A stretch of DNA of 64,000 bases, from assembly GCA_963662435.1 (NCBI GenBank), contig OY759598.1:2760507-2824506 (forward strand). Reading direction: 5' to 3'. The stretch is from Dehalococcoidia bacterium (GTDB lineage Bacteria > Chloroflexota > Dehalococcoidia > Lucifugimonadales > VXLM01). Both the position numbers and the translations under genes were made by a program. Every line of letters begins with the position of its first letter. Positions within the stretch are counted from its first letter, which is position 1. Under the pieces are notes generated by a model. That model searched no databases, was not told the DNA's origin, and was given only the letters and a program-made list of their open reading frames with translations. Shown here piece after piece: positions 1 through 10,079 of the stretch.

Positions 1-129
1 CCTGGCCATCCACTCGCCTTAGCACACAAGTACCCTACCGTCATACCGGCGTAGGCCGGTATCCAGCATGGTGGGGACCAACTTCCTGCCCAACGGGTCG
101 CCGCCCGCATCCAAACCACCCCTCTAGGT

Positions 130-242
130 GTAACTGTTCAGAATTCATGAGGGCGCTCAACGCACACAGTCACCGTCATACCCGAGAAGGCGGGTATCCA
201 TAGGCGTAGGGGATGTTCACGCCATGAACCCTGAACACTCAC
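130..242. mobile_element. MITE-like element copy 1 (21-bp imperfect TIRs, internal REP hairpin)
   Basis: GTAACTGTTCAGAATTCATGA left; reverse complement of the right end GTGAGTGTTCAGGGTTCATGG. Confidence 0.6.
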
Positions 243-351
243 CCTTGGGTGCACTGAGTCGGCATGAACCACCCCATTCTGCTATCTTGTAGCCACCACC
301 GTACGTTTTACCCAATAGACCCTCCAAATCCTCCACCCCGAGCGAGCAGCT

Positions 352-1959
352 ATGCACATCCCATTCCTTTCACGAACTGCCTGGGCCGTCGCCGTAGCGA
401 CGTTGCTGGCCTTTGCCGTCGCTTGCGGATCGAGCGCGGGCCCGCCTGAACTCCCGACCGAGGAGGAGCAGGCCCCGCCGCCGCCACCCGTCCAGCAGCC
501 GGCAGATACTCCCACTCCGCTTCCTACCGCCGCCGCTGAGTCAAGCTCCGAAGAGCCGACCGCCGTTCCCACGCCTCTCAGCGACAGTGAATACGATTCC
601 GTCCTCCCGATGTCCAAGATATTCCAGGGCATCAGTAGTACCGTGTTCAACGATCTATCCCCGAATCCCGGACTGGCCCTCGACGGGATGCAGTCAGCCC
701 GTATCCAGGGCGACAAGTCCATGGTGCCCGTCGTCGTGACGCTGATGAGGTTTATCAACCGACTGGAAGTGTTGGAGGAGGCGCTCCTCACGCTCACCGA
801 GCTCACAGGCCAAGACCTGGGAGGGGACTGGGCCGGATGGTTCGAATGGGTCGGCGCGAACCTGGACGAGTACCGCCCTCCAGACGGCTACCCGCAGCTC
901 AAGCGCCGCTTCCTCGCAGGCATCCATCCCGGTTTTGAACAGCTCCTCCAGGGCTACGAGGAGACCTCCCGAATCGAGCCGTTCGAGATCGAGTGGGGCG
1001 GCGTCGCACCCGACGGCATACCGCCATTGGAGTTCCCTCCCAGCATTCCTGCGGAGGAGGCCGACTACCTCGAGAGTCACGAGCGCGTCTTCGGCGTGTC
1101 GATCAACGGAGAGCACCGGGCATATCCCCTCCGGATCATGAATCCGCACGAGATGGCGAACGACGTCCTCGGCGGCGAGCCGATCTCGCTGGCATACTGC
1201 ACGCTTTGCGGCGCGGGCATCGCCTACAGCGGCAAGTTCAACGATATCGAGACCACCTTCGGGACGTCCGGCTTCCTGTACCGCAGCAATAAGATCATGT
1301 ATGACCGCGAGACCCTGTCCCTCTGGAACCAGGAACTGGGACGGCCGGTCATCGGGGATCTGGCCGACAGCGACATCCAACTGGACTTCTTCCCGACCCT
1401 GCTCACGACGTGGGGCGAGTGGAAGAACACGCATCCCGACACTACGGTGCTCTCTCTCGACACCGGCGTCTACCAGCCGGGCAGGTACTTCCCTGAGGAC
1501 AATCCCAACGCCACGTACTATCAGTACTTCAACACTCCCGAGACGATGTTCCCTGTCTGGATCAGGGACGACAGCCTGGAGGCCAAGGACGTGGTTCTCG
1601 GCGTGAGGATCGGCGAAGCTGCGAAGGCCTACCCCGTCACCGCGCTGCAGACCGACCGCGTCGTGAACGACGTGTTGGGAGAGACGAACATCGTCGTCCT
1701 GGCATCCGAGATTTCACAGGCCGCCACAGCATACGAACGCGGCGACCAGGAGTTCTCACGCCTGCAGGACGACACCTCGACCGGCGTGCCAATGAAGCTC
1801 GTGGACCAGAGCGGCCACGTATGGAACGTAACGGAAGAGGCCCTGGTGAACGCGGCAGACTCCTCCCAGACGCTGGCCCGCATCCCCACCCACTCGTCGT
1901 TCTGGTTCGGCTGGTTCGCCTTCTACCCCGACACCGAGCTCTACGAGAGCGAGGGGTAG
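352..1959 (+). CDS. DUF3179 domain lipoprotein (Cys-containing CxxC form)
   Basis: Lipobox-like AVAC, Pro-rich linker, then GGVAPDGIPPL, HEMAND, YCTLC, FGTSGFLYRSNKIMYDRET and C-terminal FWFGWFAFYPDT, typical of DUF3179. Confidence 0.85.
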   Translation: MHIPFLSRTAWAVAVATLLAFAVACGSSAGPPELPTEEEQAPPPPPVQQPADTPTPLPTAAAESSSEEPTAVPTPLSDSEYDSVLPMSKIFQGISSTVFNDLSPNPGLALDGMQSARIQGDKSMVPVVVTLMRFINRLEVLEEALLTLTELTGQDLGGDWAGWFEWVGANLDEYRPPDGYPQLKRRFLAGIHPGFEQLLQGYEETSRIEPFEIEWGGVAPDGIPPLEFPPSIPAEEADYLESHERVFGVSINGEHRAYPLRIMNPHEMANDVLGGEPISLAYCTLCGAGIAYSGKFNDIETTFGTSGFLYRSNKIMYDRETLSLWNQELGRPVIGDLADSDIQLDFFPTLLTTWGEWKNTHPDTTVLSLDTGVYQPGRYFPEDNPNATYYQYFNTPETMFPVWIRDDSLEAKDVVLGVRIGEAAKAYPVTALQTDRVVNDVLGETNIVVLASEISQAATAYERGDQEFSRLQDDTSTGVPMKLVDQSGHVWNVTEEALVNAADSSQTLARIPTHSSFWFGWFAFYPDTELYESEG

Positions 1960-2026
1960 AAGCTGTCCACAACCTACCGATGCGCCCCAGGGCGGGTGTC
2001 CGGGGCCCCGTTCAGCAAAATGCTAT

Positions 2027-2338
2027 TCAGCCTCGCAACATCAATGCTTCGTTGGAGGACGCAACTGTGAGCCGGATTCCCAGTGCGTCTAAGACCTTCA
2101 TCACGGTGCCGATACGGGGGTCACGCTCACCGGACAGGGCTTTGTAGAGGCTCTCCCGGCCGAGTTGCGATTCCTCGGCAATAGACGTCATACCCTTAGC
2201 TCGTGCGACGTTGCCGACGGCTTTCATAAAGAACGCAGGGTCGTTTTCTTCCAACGCCGCCTGCAAATACTCAATGATCGTCTCGTCATTTGTGAGAAAC
2301 TCAGCGCTGTCCCACGGAGCGAAAGTTTCTTTGCTCAT
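2027..2338 (-). CDS. Addiction module antidote protein (HI1420-like HTH antitoxin)
   Basis: WDSAEFL...YLQAALE...VARAKGMTSIA...GRESLYKALSGERDP; directly downstream of a RelE-like toxin. Confidence 0.9.
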   Translation of the reverse strand: MSKETFAPWDSAEFLTNDETIIEYLQAALEENDPAFFMKAVGNVARAKGMTSIAEESQLGRESLYKALSGERDPRIGTVMKVLDALGIRLTVASSNEALMLRG

Positions 2339-2347
2339 GTCATCTCC

Positions 2348-2641
2348 TCAGAGCTCGGTTACTAGCTGTCGGGCACGTCTTATGTCCAGTTGTTGACTCG
2401 ATTTGTCACCGCCACATAGCAGGACTATCACGACCTTGCGACGGATAGTGTAATAGACTCGATAGCCCTTGCCGACATCGATTCGGAGTTCACTGATACC
2501 ACCGCCGACTGTCCTGTGGTCTCCAAGATTCCCCCCCTCGATCCGGTCAATGCGAGCAATGATTCGCGCCTGGGCCCGTCTGTCCCGTAATCGCTCAAGC
2601 CAGCGGGAGAAAGTTTCACTTCTTACAACCTCATACGGCAC
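2348..2641 (-). CDS. Addiction module killer protein (RelE/ParE family, HI1419-like)
   Basis: FSRWLERLRD...GNLGDHRTVGGGISELRIDVGKGYRVYY...LLCGGDKSSQ; GTG start chosen at 2641. Confidence 0.9.
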   Translation of the reverse strand: MPYEVVRSETFSRWLERLRDRRAQARIIARIDRIEGGNLGDHRTVGGGISELRIDVGKGYRVYYTIRRKVVIVLLCGGDKSSQQLDIRRARQLVTEL

Positions 2642-2836
2642 AGCCTGTATTGTATCCAGTTGAATACGGAGCGTCAATCGACGCAACTCGTCGTCGCCTT
2701 CGAAAGGACCCCGACGCACTCGAAAAAGGAGTTGGGCTTTCGTTCTGCCTCTTAGGGTTGTGGGCTGGACAGGCGGGAGCGGCCGGCCAGTTGGTCAAGC
2801 CAATGGGCGCACCCCATCAAGGGGACGCCCACGCCC

Positions 2837-4393
2837 TCAATCCCCATACGCTACATAAATGTCCACCGAGTTGACGACCAGCGGGACCCCGATGCGCGAG
2901 TCGCGGTTGAGGAGGACCACCTTGACCGCGTGGCTGCCCTTCGCCGCCTGGGTGGGTGTGAGTTCCCACACAAGCCACTTGTTCTCCGACACGTCTGTCG
3001 GATCTCCGCTGAGCGCGGCGGCATCCTGGATATCAGGCCCACCGAGCGCGGCCCCGTCAAGGCTCACCTCCACCCGGTCGTCGGGCGCCCAGTGCTCGAA
3101 CTCGATCATCAACCTGATCGTATCAATGTCGTCGGCCTGAGCCTCAACGTCGTCGTGAACGGGAACGTCAATGGTCGGGCCCTCGTGGGTGAGCGACCTG
3201 AACAGAACGACGGCGGTCTGCCCGTAGATGCGGTCGTTGACGGCGTTCGGCGCTATGCCTTCGAGGTAGGTCGGACCCCTGTGGAGAGCGGTATAGAGCT
3301 TGTTTCTCCCTGCCAGCGTGTCGGAAGAGCCGATGGTCTCGAGCAGACCTCCCCACGCCTCTTTGCCGGGGAACCAGTTGAACGTGTACATCCCGTCGGC
3401 GCCCTGATCGAAGTACCCTGCCGCCACGGCCCGCAACCACGCGTCGCGCCACTCGTCATGTGATAAGAGCCGCTCGGCCTGCTGGCGGTAAATGCTGTCG
3501 ATTCCGCCGTAGAGCCGGATGTTCGTTTCCTTCGTCAGGGCCTTGAACTCGGCGACCTCCATCCCCGGGTCGGTGGCCGACCCACCGGCCCCGATGATGA
3601 TGTCGGTAAGGTCCTCCTCGATCCAGCGCTCCACGTCGTAGCCGATGTTCCGGCACGATTCGAGCGTCGTCGCTACCCGCGAAGCCACGTAGAATGGCCT
3701 CCCCCTCTGCGCCGCGATGTCGTCGGTCATCAGACGGACCGCCCGCTGGAAGTCGGTCAGTGCATAGCGCAAGCGGTAGCCGTAATTCTCCGGCACGTGA
3801 AACGGGTGCCTCTGCCAATCGAGCTCGACGCCGTCCCAGTCGGCCTGCAAGCATGCCTCCTGGATGTACGACAGCTTCTGCTCCTTCATTTCGGGTATGG
3901 CCATGTTCCAGGAACCAATGCCGCGCTGCTCCGGCACGTCGTCCACGTCCAGCAGCCACTCGGGATGGTCCTGGCGCAGCTTCGTGCCCCTGTTCAGACG
4001 CTTGAAGTCCTCCGGGCGAGTTCCATAGAAGTGGTTGTCGTTCATCCGAATGGAAACGTAGACGTGCATACCCAGCTCGCGCCCACGGTCGACCATCGCC
4101 TGGAAGGGGTTCTCTCCTCGCTCGAACATGCTCCGCAGGCCTTCCGAGTGGCGCATAGCCCGCATCGAGTTGTAGACGCGTCCGTCGCCATCGCCGAGCC
4201 GCTCGTGCACCTCCGAGGGCCACTCGGCTTCATGGGAGCCAATGCTCCAGAACATGGCGTCGACCTGCGTCCCCTCCAGCGATCCGTAGACCTGGTGCAT
4301 GAGTTGATCGATCGACTGCGGGTGCTCGTCGTAGCCCATCGGAGCGCCGTCCCAGTTGAAGATGATCCGGTACTGCGGCGTTGCTTCCCTCAT
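2837..4393 (-). CDS. Hypothetical protein, GH10-like/DUF187-type TIM-barrel family
   Basis: IIFNWDG, YVSIRMNDNH, DHPEWLL, DWDGVELDW, GADGMYTFNW motifs. Confidence 0.55.
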   Translation of the reverse strand: MREATPQYRIIFNWDGAPMGYDEHPQSIDQLMHQVYGSLEGTQVDAMFWSIGSHEAEWPSEVHERLGDGDGRVYNSMRAMRHSEGLRSMFERGENPFQAMVDRGRELGMHVYVSIRMNDNHFYGTRPEDFKRLNRGTKLRQDHPEWLLDVDDVPEQRGIGSWNMAIPEMKEQKLSYIQEACLQADWDGVELDWQRHPFHVPENYGYRLRYALTDFQRAVRLMTDDIAAQRGRPFYVASRVATTLESCRNIGYDVERWIEEDLTDIIIGAGGSATDPGMEVAEFKALTKETNIRLYGGIDSIYRQQAERLLSHDEWRDAWLRAVAAGYFDQGADGMYTFNWFPGKEAWGGLLETIGSSDTLAGRNKLYTALHRGPTYLEGIAPNAVNDRIYGQTAVVLFRSLTHEGPTIDVPVHDDVEAQADDIDTIRLMIEFEHWAPDDRVEVSLDGAALGGPDIQDAAALSGDPTDVSENKWLVWELTPTQAAKGSHAVKVVLLNRDSRIGVPLVVNSVDIYVAYGD

Positions 4394-4583
4394 CCGTCCT
4401 CCCTGGCGTGTGCTATTCAGGCTCGTGGACGCTGCTGCAACACATTCAACAATCTCGCAGGTAGTGGCTTCAGTCTAGCGTCTATGTCCAACTCAACGAC
4501 CTTATAGACGCCACGTTCGGTCGTCAAGTGTGGGCGCTTGGGCAAGGCGAGACCTGAGACCGATAGAGTCAGCAGAGCCCAGC

Positions 4584-5552
4584 CTACTTGAAGAGGCGTT
4601 CCACCATCCATGAAGTCATGAAATCAAGGTATCCCTCCGCATAGTCGTCGCCGACTCTAACCCCATGATTAGCCTTCGGGAAGACCTTGATCGTATAGTC
4701 CGCGTTTCCTGCCTCTTCCAGCGCGGCTTCGAATACCTCCACGCTCTTGGCTACCGGGACGCTCGCGTCACATTCGCCGTAGATTGACAGTACCGGACAC
4801 GTGACCTTCGCCAAGACCGCATACGGATTGTGCCTTTCAGCTTCCGAACGTTCGGGGCGCCAGGCTTCGATATCGATCGCGTCACGAATGTCCTGGTAGT
4901 CGGTCTCCGGTATCCCTACGTATAGGGGCAGTCCCGTTCGCTTGATCCTTTTAACCTGGGAATCGAGATCCTCCCACCCCTCGCCGGTAACGGCGATTTC
5001 ATGCAGGAGGTCTTGGAGATACGCTCGGTCCTTCAAGGTCTGTACTATCGCCTCTTCGCCAAACCCGTCTGCGCGCATCAGGTTGGGAATGGCAAATTGC
5101 ATCTGACTCTCGCCATCGACGCCCGGCCCCCCGACGCAGATGACAAATGCGGTTCCATCCGAACGAGAAGCGGCCAGTGGGGCCAGCCATCCACCCTGGC
5201 TGAATCCCCAAAACCCAATACGGTCCGAGGCGATATCCGGCCTCTCCTGCAGGATAGATTGCCCGGCAATGGCGTCATCGGCAAGGTCGACAAAGCTGGA
5301 AATAAGATCATCCGGGAATTCGCCCGTAGAGTCCCCCACGCCTCTCTTGTCGTACACGAGGCCGGCGATTCCATGGGACGCAAATGTATCTGCGAAAAAC
5401 CTCAAACTCTCCCGGGTGTTCCTGCCTGAGCCGTGGATAAACACCACCGCCGGATGTGGGCCGTCGGTGCTGGGCAGGACGAGAGTCCCGGAAAGCGTCA
5501 CATCGCCGTTCGAGAAGCCCACATCGACTTCGCGGTCGCCGTCATAAGTCAT
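4584..5552 (-). CDS. Alpha/beta hydrolase (S9/S15 peptidase-like)
   Basis: VFIHGSG, YDKRGVG, nucleophile GFSQGG, D (ECDASV), H (ANHG). Confidence 0.85.
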   Translation of the reverse strand: MTYDGDREVDVGFSNGDVTLSGTLVLPSTDGPHPAVVFIHGSGRNTRESLRFFADTFASHGIAGLVYDKRGVGDSTGEFPDDLISSFVDLADDAIAGQSILQERPDIASDRIGFWGFSQGGWLAPLAASRSDGTAFVICVGGPGVDGESQMQFAIPNLMRADGFGEEAIVQTLKDRAYLQDLLHEIAVTGEGWEDLDSQVKRIKRTGLPLYVGIPETDYQDIRDAIDIEAWRPERSEAERHNPYAVLAKVTCPVLSIYGECDASVPVAKSVEVFEAALEEAGNADYTIKVFPKANHGVRVGDDYAEGYLDFMTSWMVERLFK

Positions 5553-5737
5553 CTATTGCTCCCCCGCCTGGGCACGCATAACGGGTGCCCATATGCACCG
5601 CGATTCCGTAATTTCGATCCCTAATCCCGTACCACACTCCACGTCTGAACAATAAACGAGAGAGCGACTTCGGACCCCTGGGCGTATCCGACCAGCGGCG
5701 GAAATTCAGCGAAGACATTCCCTACTCACAGGCTATT

Positions 5738-7489
5738 TCAGGGGCTGCCCTCGACCTGTACCGTGACGATATCCACGCCGTGGAACTTCTGGTGACGCAC
5801 GGCGGAGGAGTGGTATCGCAACAGCCGGAGCGAAAGGTCATCGGCTGTCGGCATGGAGGCTTCGTCGGTCAGATACGCCAGCAGGTCCTCAACGTTCTCC
5901 TGTCGTGTGGTAGCGACGAATTCCAGTTCCACCGTCGTCCCCTGCGGCCTTGCATTGATGATCAGGCGCTGATGCTCTGGGCCGTCGGCATCGTCCTCCC
6001 GCGCCTGAAGGCTGGCGAGGGTTTCTTCGCCGGCGGCCCGCAGCCGCAACGAGGAGGCCTCGTTCCACTCCAGTCGTGTTGCCAGTCGCGCAAGAAACTC
6101 ATCGATCGCGGGGAACGAGTCCATGTCCAGCGTCACCTCGAGGCGCGAGCGGCGTGTGCTGATCGCCTCGAGGAGCAGCGTCATTCCGATAGCAACGACG
6201 GCGCCGATCGTGACCCCGTTACCGAGCAACACGCCAAGCTCATCGCCAAAGAGGTCACCGACGATTGAGTGATTATGGAGACCCAGACCCAACGCACTGG
6301 CGAGCGCGACCACCAGAACGCGTCTGGGGTCAAGTCCTTCGCGCAGGATCGTCTGCCAGCCGCTGACGAAGAGCATGCCCATGGCGAACATCAGGTATGC
6401 GCCCAACACGGGCCCGGGAATCGTCAGCAGAACGGCGGCAAGTTTTGAGAACAAGGCCAGGGCTAGAGTGACAGTCGCCACTCCTATGCCAACTCGGCGG
6501 GCTGCGACGCCCGTAAGGTTGATCAGCGAGAGACTGAATGAGGAATACGACATCGGAGGCAGCGTGCCTGAGATGCCGGCGAACAACATGCCAATGCCGT
6601 TGACGCTGACCATGCCCTGGATCTTGCGGAAATCGATCGCCCGCAGCCTTCTCCTGGAACCCTGCTGGATCGCAACGCCGTCGCTGATAGTCTTGATCCC
6701 GATAACCAGTGTGAGGATCGCGAACGAGGGCAGCAGCGCCCAGAACTCCCTGCCGGGCGTGAGATCGAAGCTCAGGTCAGGCAGTTCAGGGATGCCAAAC
6801 CAGCCGGCGCTGGCGATTCGGTCCGCGTCGATCACACCGAACGCAACGGCAACGGCGCATCCAGCTATGATACTGATGAACGGCCCTACGAGACGCCAGC
6901 GTCCCCTGGCGCCAAGTGTAACGAGTACAGAGACCAGAAGCGTTGTTCCGGCGATTGCCGGACCGGAGACCGGCGTCGCACCGTCGGGCAGGTCCTGAAC
7001 GCTGTCGAAGGCAATCGGCAGTACACTGACTGCAATCAGCATGGTCACAGTCCCGGTGACGACCGGAGTGAAGATGCGGCGGAGAGTTGGCAGCCACCAG
7101 GCGAGGGCGACCTGGACCACGCAGCAGACGACAAGGAGAGTCATGAACGTAGATGGTCCGGCCGCGGAGATCGTCGCCACCATGATCCCAATGAACAGCG
7201 CTGCGGGACAGGTGAGCACAATATGGCCTGCGCCGAACCGCCAGATCTGGAACGCTTGCAGCGCCGTGATCGCCGCGCTGATCAAGAGTGCGGCAAAGAC
7301 GCTCCAGGTCAGATAGGTATCATCGAGCCCAGACGAGCGAATCGCGACGGCCACGTTCAGCACCGTCGGCGCGAGCAAGAGCGCGGCCCCCTGAAATCCG
7401 ACCAGCAACGTGGTCACCGGAGAACAGGTCTCCTCCGGCTCGAATCGGATCGGTTGGTCGGCGCTTCCAGCAGTCAATTGATCAGACAA
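5738..7489 (-). CDS. NCS2 (xanthine/uracil) permease with C-terminal degenerate HATPase_c-like domain
   Basis: Many TM segments, LRRIFTPVVTGTVTMLI, TGVAARRVG, IPGPVLGA; soluble ~140-aa C-terminal extension. Confidence 0.75.
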   Translation of the reverse strand: MSDQLTAGSADQPIRFEPEETCSPVTTLLVGFQGAALLLAPTVLNVAVAIRSSGLDDTYLTWSVFAALLISAAITALQAFQIWRFGAGHIVLTCPAALFIGIMVATISAAGPSTFMTLLVVCCVVQVALAWWLPTLRRIFTPVVTGTVTMLIAVSVLPIAFDSVQDLPDGATPVSGPAIAGTTLLVSVLVTLGARGRWRLVGPFISIIAGCAVAVAFGVIDADRIASAGWFGIPELPDLSFDLTPGREFWALLPSFAILTLVIGIKTISDGVAIQQGSRRRLRAIDFRKIQGMVSVNGIGMLFAGISGTLPPMSYSSFSLSLINLTGVAARRVGIGVATVTLALALFSKLAAVLLTIPGPVLGAYLMFAMGMLFVSGWQTILREGLDPRRVLVVALASALGLGLHNHSIVGDLFGDELGVLLGNGVTIGAVVAIGMTLLLEAISTRRSRLEVTLDMDSFPAIDEFLARLATRLEWNEASSLRLRAAGEETLASLQAREDDADGPEHQRLIINARPQGTTVELEFVATTRQENVEDLLAYLTDEASMPTADDLSLRLLRYHSSAVRHQKFHGVDIVTVQVEGSP

Positions 7490-7742
7490 TCTCCCACTTT
7501 ACCAGGCTGACTCTCCGATGACCTTACCACACGCACAACCTGGCTGTGTCGCCTGGGGACGACTTTCCTTGACGACTTGCGACTATCTCGAATACCGGCG
7601 CCATGGCCCCTGCCTGTGCCGAATCCAGGGGCGAGAAGTGGCCGGAACGCCAAGGCCTCAATGGAAGCGAACACCCTGCACTCAGGCACTCCCGTGATAC
7701 ATCGGGGCTTAGACAAGTGGCGCCAGGGTTACAAGAGTCCTC

Positions 7743-9110
7743 TTAGGCATACCCGAACAGCAACGGGAATACAACGACGACAACCACCGCCCACACCGCA
7801 TAGACAGGCAGGTAATTGACCTGCCAGCGCACCAGCGCCGAGAACGGCCCGCGCCCCCACAGGTATCGCCCGTAGAGCCAGGCCGACCATGCCAGGTTGC
7901 CGAGCAGGACGAGGTTTCCGCCGAGCGCCGCCGACCTGTTGGGTGAAAAGCCAAAATCGGAGATTCGTCCCGTGATCGCTTCGAGCGCCATGACGTCGGC
8001 TAGAATGGCGGCGACCACCAGGAGCAATTGCAGCGCGTTGAAGAGGCCGGGGCGTTCTGTTGAGTCGCTTGCAGAAACGGAGAAAAGCAACAGTCCCAGC
8101 ACGAGGGCCAGCATCACGTCAAAGGCGATGAGTATGTCGCGGTCGAGGTCGCTCCACTCGCCCGTCACGAGCATGGCGAAGAGGAAAATGGACAGCATCA
8201 CGGCGAACAGGGGCGTGAACACGCGGGAGAGCATCGGCGCTATGTTCTGTACCACGCCTCGCCTGCTTTCCACCAGCCAGGCGCCCACAAGCACAGCCCC
8301 CATCGCCCCGCATGGAAGCAGCCATTCGGCTATGAGGTCGCCGACGTCAACATCGATTATTTCAAACATGCCCCACGTCAGGAGGGAGAACACACCACCG
8401 CCAAGCGCTATGAGCACGTAATAGATGAATAGCTCGCCGGAGAACCGCACGAATTCCGTCCGCCGCTCGACAGAACGCCACCGGCCGCCTACGTAGGCGA
8501 TACCGACGACCAACCACAGGGCAAATGGCAGGTGGAGCGCCGTAAGCAGCTCGGTATGGCTATCCGGCTTGAACGGGTAGGCGTTGGCGAAGACCGCTGC
8601 CGCAAGGAAGAGAAGGAGGAGCCAAAGGGATGTTGACCTGCTGAGCCCGCGCTTCCAGGCAAAGTAGCCTGCAAGCATGGGCAGAACGAAGAGGCTGAGA
8701 TTACGGACGTATAACCCTTCGTCGCCATCCAACCGGTATCCGAATGTCTCGGGCACCTTTATCGCGAGGCCCGCTGCGACCGCAAGGCCAACTACGACGG
8801 TGAACTCAAGAGGTCTGGATTGAGGGTCATGGTCAACTCCACCGGATTCCGAGTCCGACCGTTCCCACAGTTGATCGAGGCGCTCGCGGCCAAAAACGCG
8901 AGTGGTGGCATGGGTCTCTCCAATCCGCCTGACGGCGATCAGGAATGCCTCGTCGTCCGCAAGGCCGCCAGCCTGAAACCCTGTCGTTTGATCGCGAAGG
9001 CTCTGCTCTAGCTCATCCAGATCGGCGGCATCAACTGCTCCGCGACGAAGCACGTAGGCCCGCCACTCCCCAATGAGGTCTTCCAATGTTTCTCTGTTCG
9101 ATTCCGTCAT
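7743..9110 (-). CDS. Membrane protein with permease-prefix domain 1 (DUF4153-like)
   Basis: N-terminal DLDELEQSLRDQ...GLADDEAFLIAVRRIG; about 10 TM helices; GFSPNRSAALG. Confidence 0.7.
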   Translation of the reverse strand: MTESNRETLEDLIGEWRAYVLRRGAVDAADLDELEQSLRDQTTGFQAGGLADDEAFLIAVRRIGETHATTRVFGRERLDQLWERSDSESGGVDHDPQSRPLEFTVVVGLAVAAGLAIKVPETFGYRLDGDEGLYVRNLSLFVLPMLAGYFAWKRGLSRSTSLWLLLLFLAAAVFANAYPFKPDSHTELLTALHLPFALWLVVGIAYVGGRWRSVERRTEFVRFSGELFIYYVLIALGGGVFSLLTWGMFEIIDVDVGDLIAEWLLPCGAMGAVLVGAWLVESRRGVVQNIAPMLSRVFTPLFAVMLSIFLFAMLVTGEWSDLDRDILIAFDVMLALVLGLLLFSVSASDSTERPGLFNALQLLLVVAAILADVMALEAITGRISDFGFSPNRSAALGGNLVLLGNLAWSAWLYGRYLWGRGPFSALVRWQVNYLPVYAVWAVVVVVVFPLLFGYA

Positions 9111-9272
9111 TCGTGGAAAATGTCCATCTCTACGGTGGGCGGTGGCGCCTTCCTCGCCATGGCAGCAGTATACGCCACACTAGACGATCCCGGCCTCATG
9201 GCAGCGGGCCCAATAGCCCGCCGTCCGGGTGTGGTAATCTATCGAACCAGCAAGACCAGACAGGGGCAGGGC

Positions 9273-10073
9273 ATGGCATTTGTTAGCAAACCGACGGTTA
9301 GGTTGGTCTCCAGGACCGAGGTGAACTGGGAGGCCGTGTCGGCCTTTCTCGACGAGGAGGGCGTTCCCCCGGTGCCGGAGAGCATTCGCGCGGGCGAGGA
9401 CGAGTCGGCAGCGGTCGTCGAGATATCGGCCAGGATCTGCTACATGAGCTACGGCAAGGGCCGTCGCGACATCGAGGAGTTCATCACCAACCTCCTGTCG
9501 AAGGGAGACGGCAGCGTCTTCGAGCACGTGAACTATGGCTTCATGATGACGGGGGTGTCACGGGCCTTCACGCACGAACTCGTGAGGCACAGGGCCGGAT
9601 TCGCATACAGCCAGCGTTCCCAGAGATTCGTAAACGAGAGCGACGCTGATTTCGTCATACCGCCCGCCCTGGCGGAGGACCGGCCCGGCACTGAGAAGGC
9701 ACGTACCATCCTGGAGAACGCGATAGAGGACGCCCAGCAAACGTACCGGAAGCTGGTCTCGGAGCTCTACAAGGCCCTGCCGGAGGACGAGTTCGAAGCG
9801 CTGACCGACAGGCGCAAGGCCGTCCGTCAGGCGGCGCGAGCGGTCCTGCCGAACGCGACCGAAACGAAGATATTCGTCACGGCCAACGTGCGCGCTTGGC
9901 GCCACTTCATCGAGATGAGAGGAGCGGCCTTTGCCGACTGGGAAATCCGCAAGGTCGCGCTCATGGTACTCGACATCCTCAAGGACGAGGCCCCGCTGCT
10001 ATTCGCCGACTTCACGACCGAAGACCTGCCCGACGGCACACGGATAGCAAAGCCGAAGTACTCGAAGGTCTGA
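9273..10073 (+). CDS. thyX: FAD-dependent thymidylate synthase
   Basis: SVFEH, GVSRAFTHELVRHR...SQRSQR, ARAVLPNATET, WEIR motifs. Confidence 0.95.
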   Translation: MAFVSKPTVRLVSRTEVNWEAVSAFLDEEGVPPVPESIRAGEDESAAVVEISARICYMSYGKGRRDIEEFITNLLSKGDGSVFEHVNYGFMMTGVSRAFTHELVRHRAGFAYSQRSQRFVNESDADFVIPPALAEDRPGTEKARTILENAIEDAQQTYRKLVSELYKALPEDEFEALTDRRKAVRQAARAVLPNATETKIFVTANVRAWRHFIEMRGAAFADWEIRKVALMVLDILKDEAPLLFADFTTEDLPDGTRIAKPKYSKV

Positions 10074-10079
10074 GGACGT

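Noticed and set aside
352..1959. Second selenoprotein
   Set aside because: The equivalent codon is TGC (Cys) and no comparable hairpin follows
2027..2641. Mobile element boundaries around the first toxin-antitoxin pair
   Set aside because: No direct or terminal inverted repeats or recombinase found; only generic hairpins flank it
4417..4611. 64-aa ORF between the hydrolase and the GH10-like gene
   Set aside because: Overlaps the hydrolase end and has no recognisable motif or RBS
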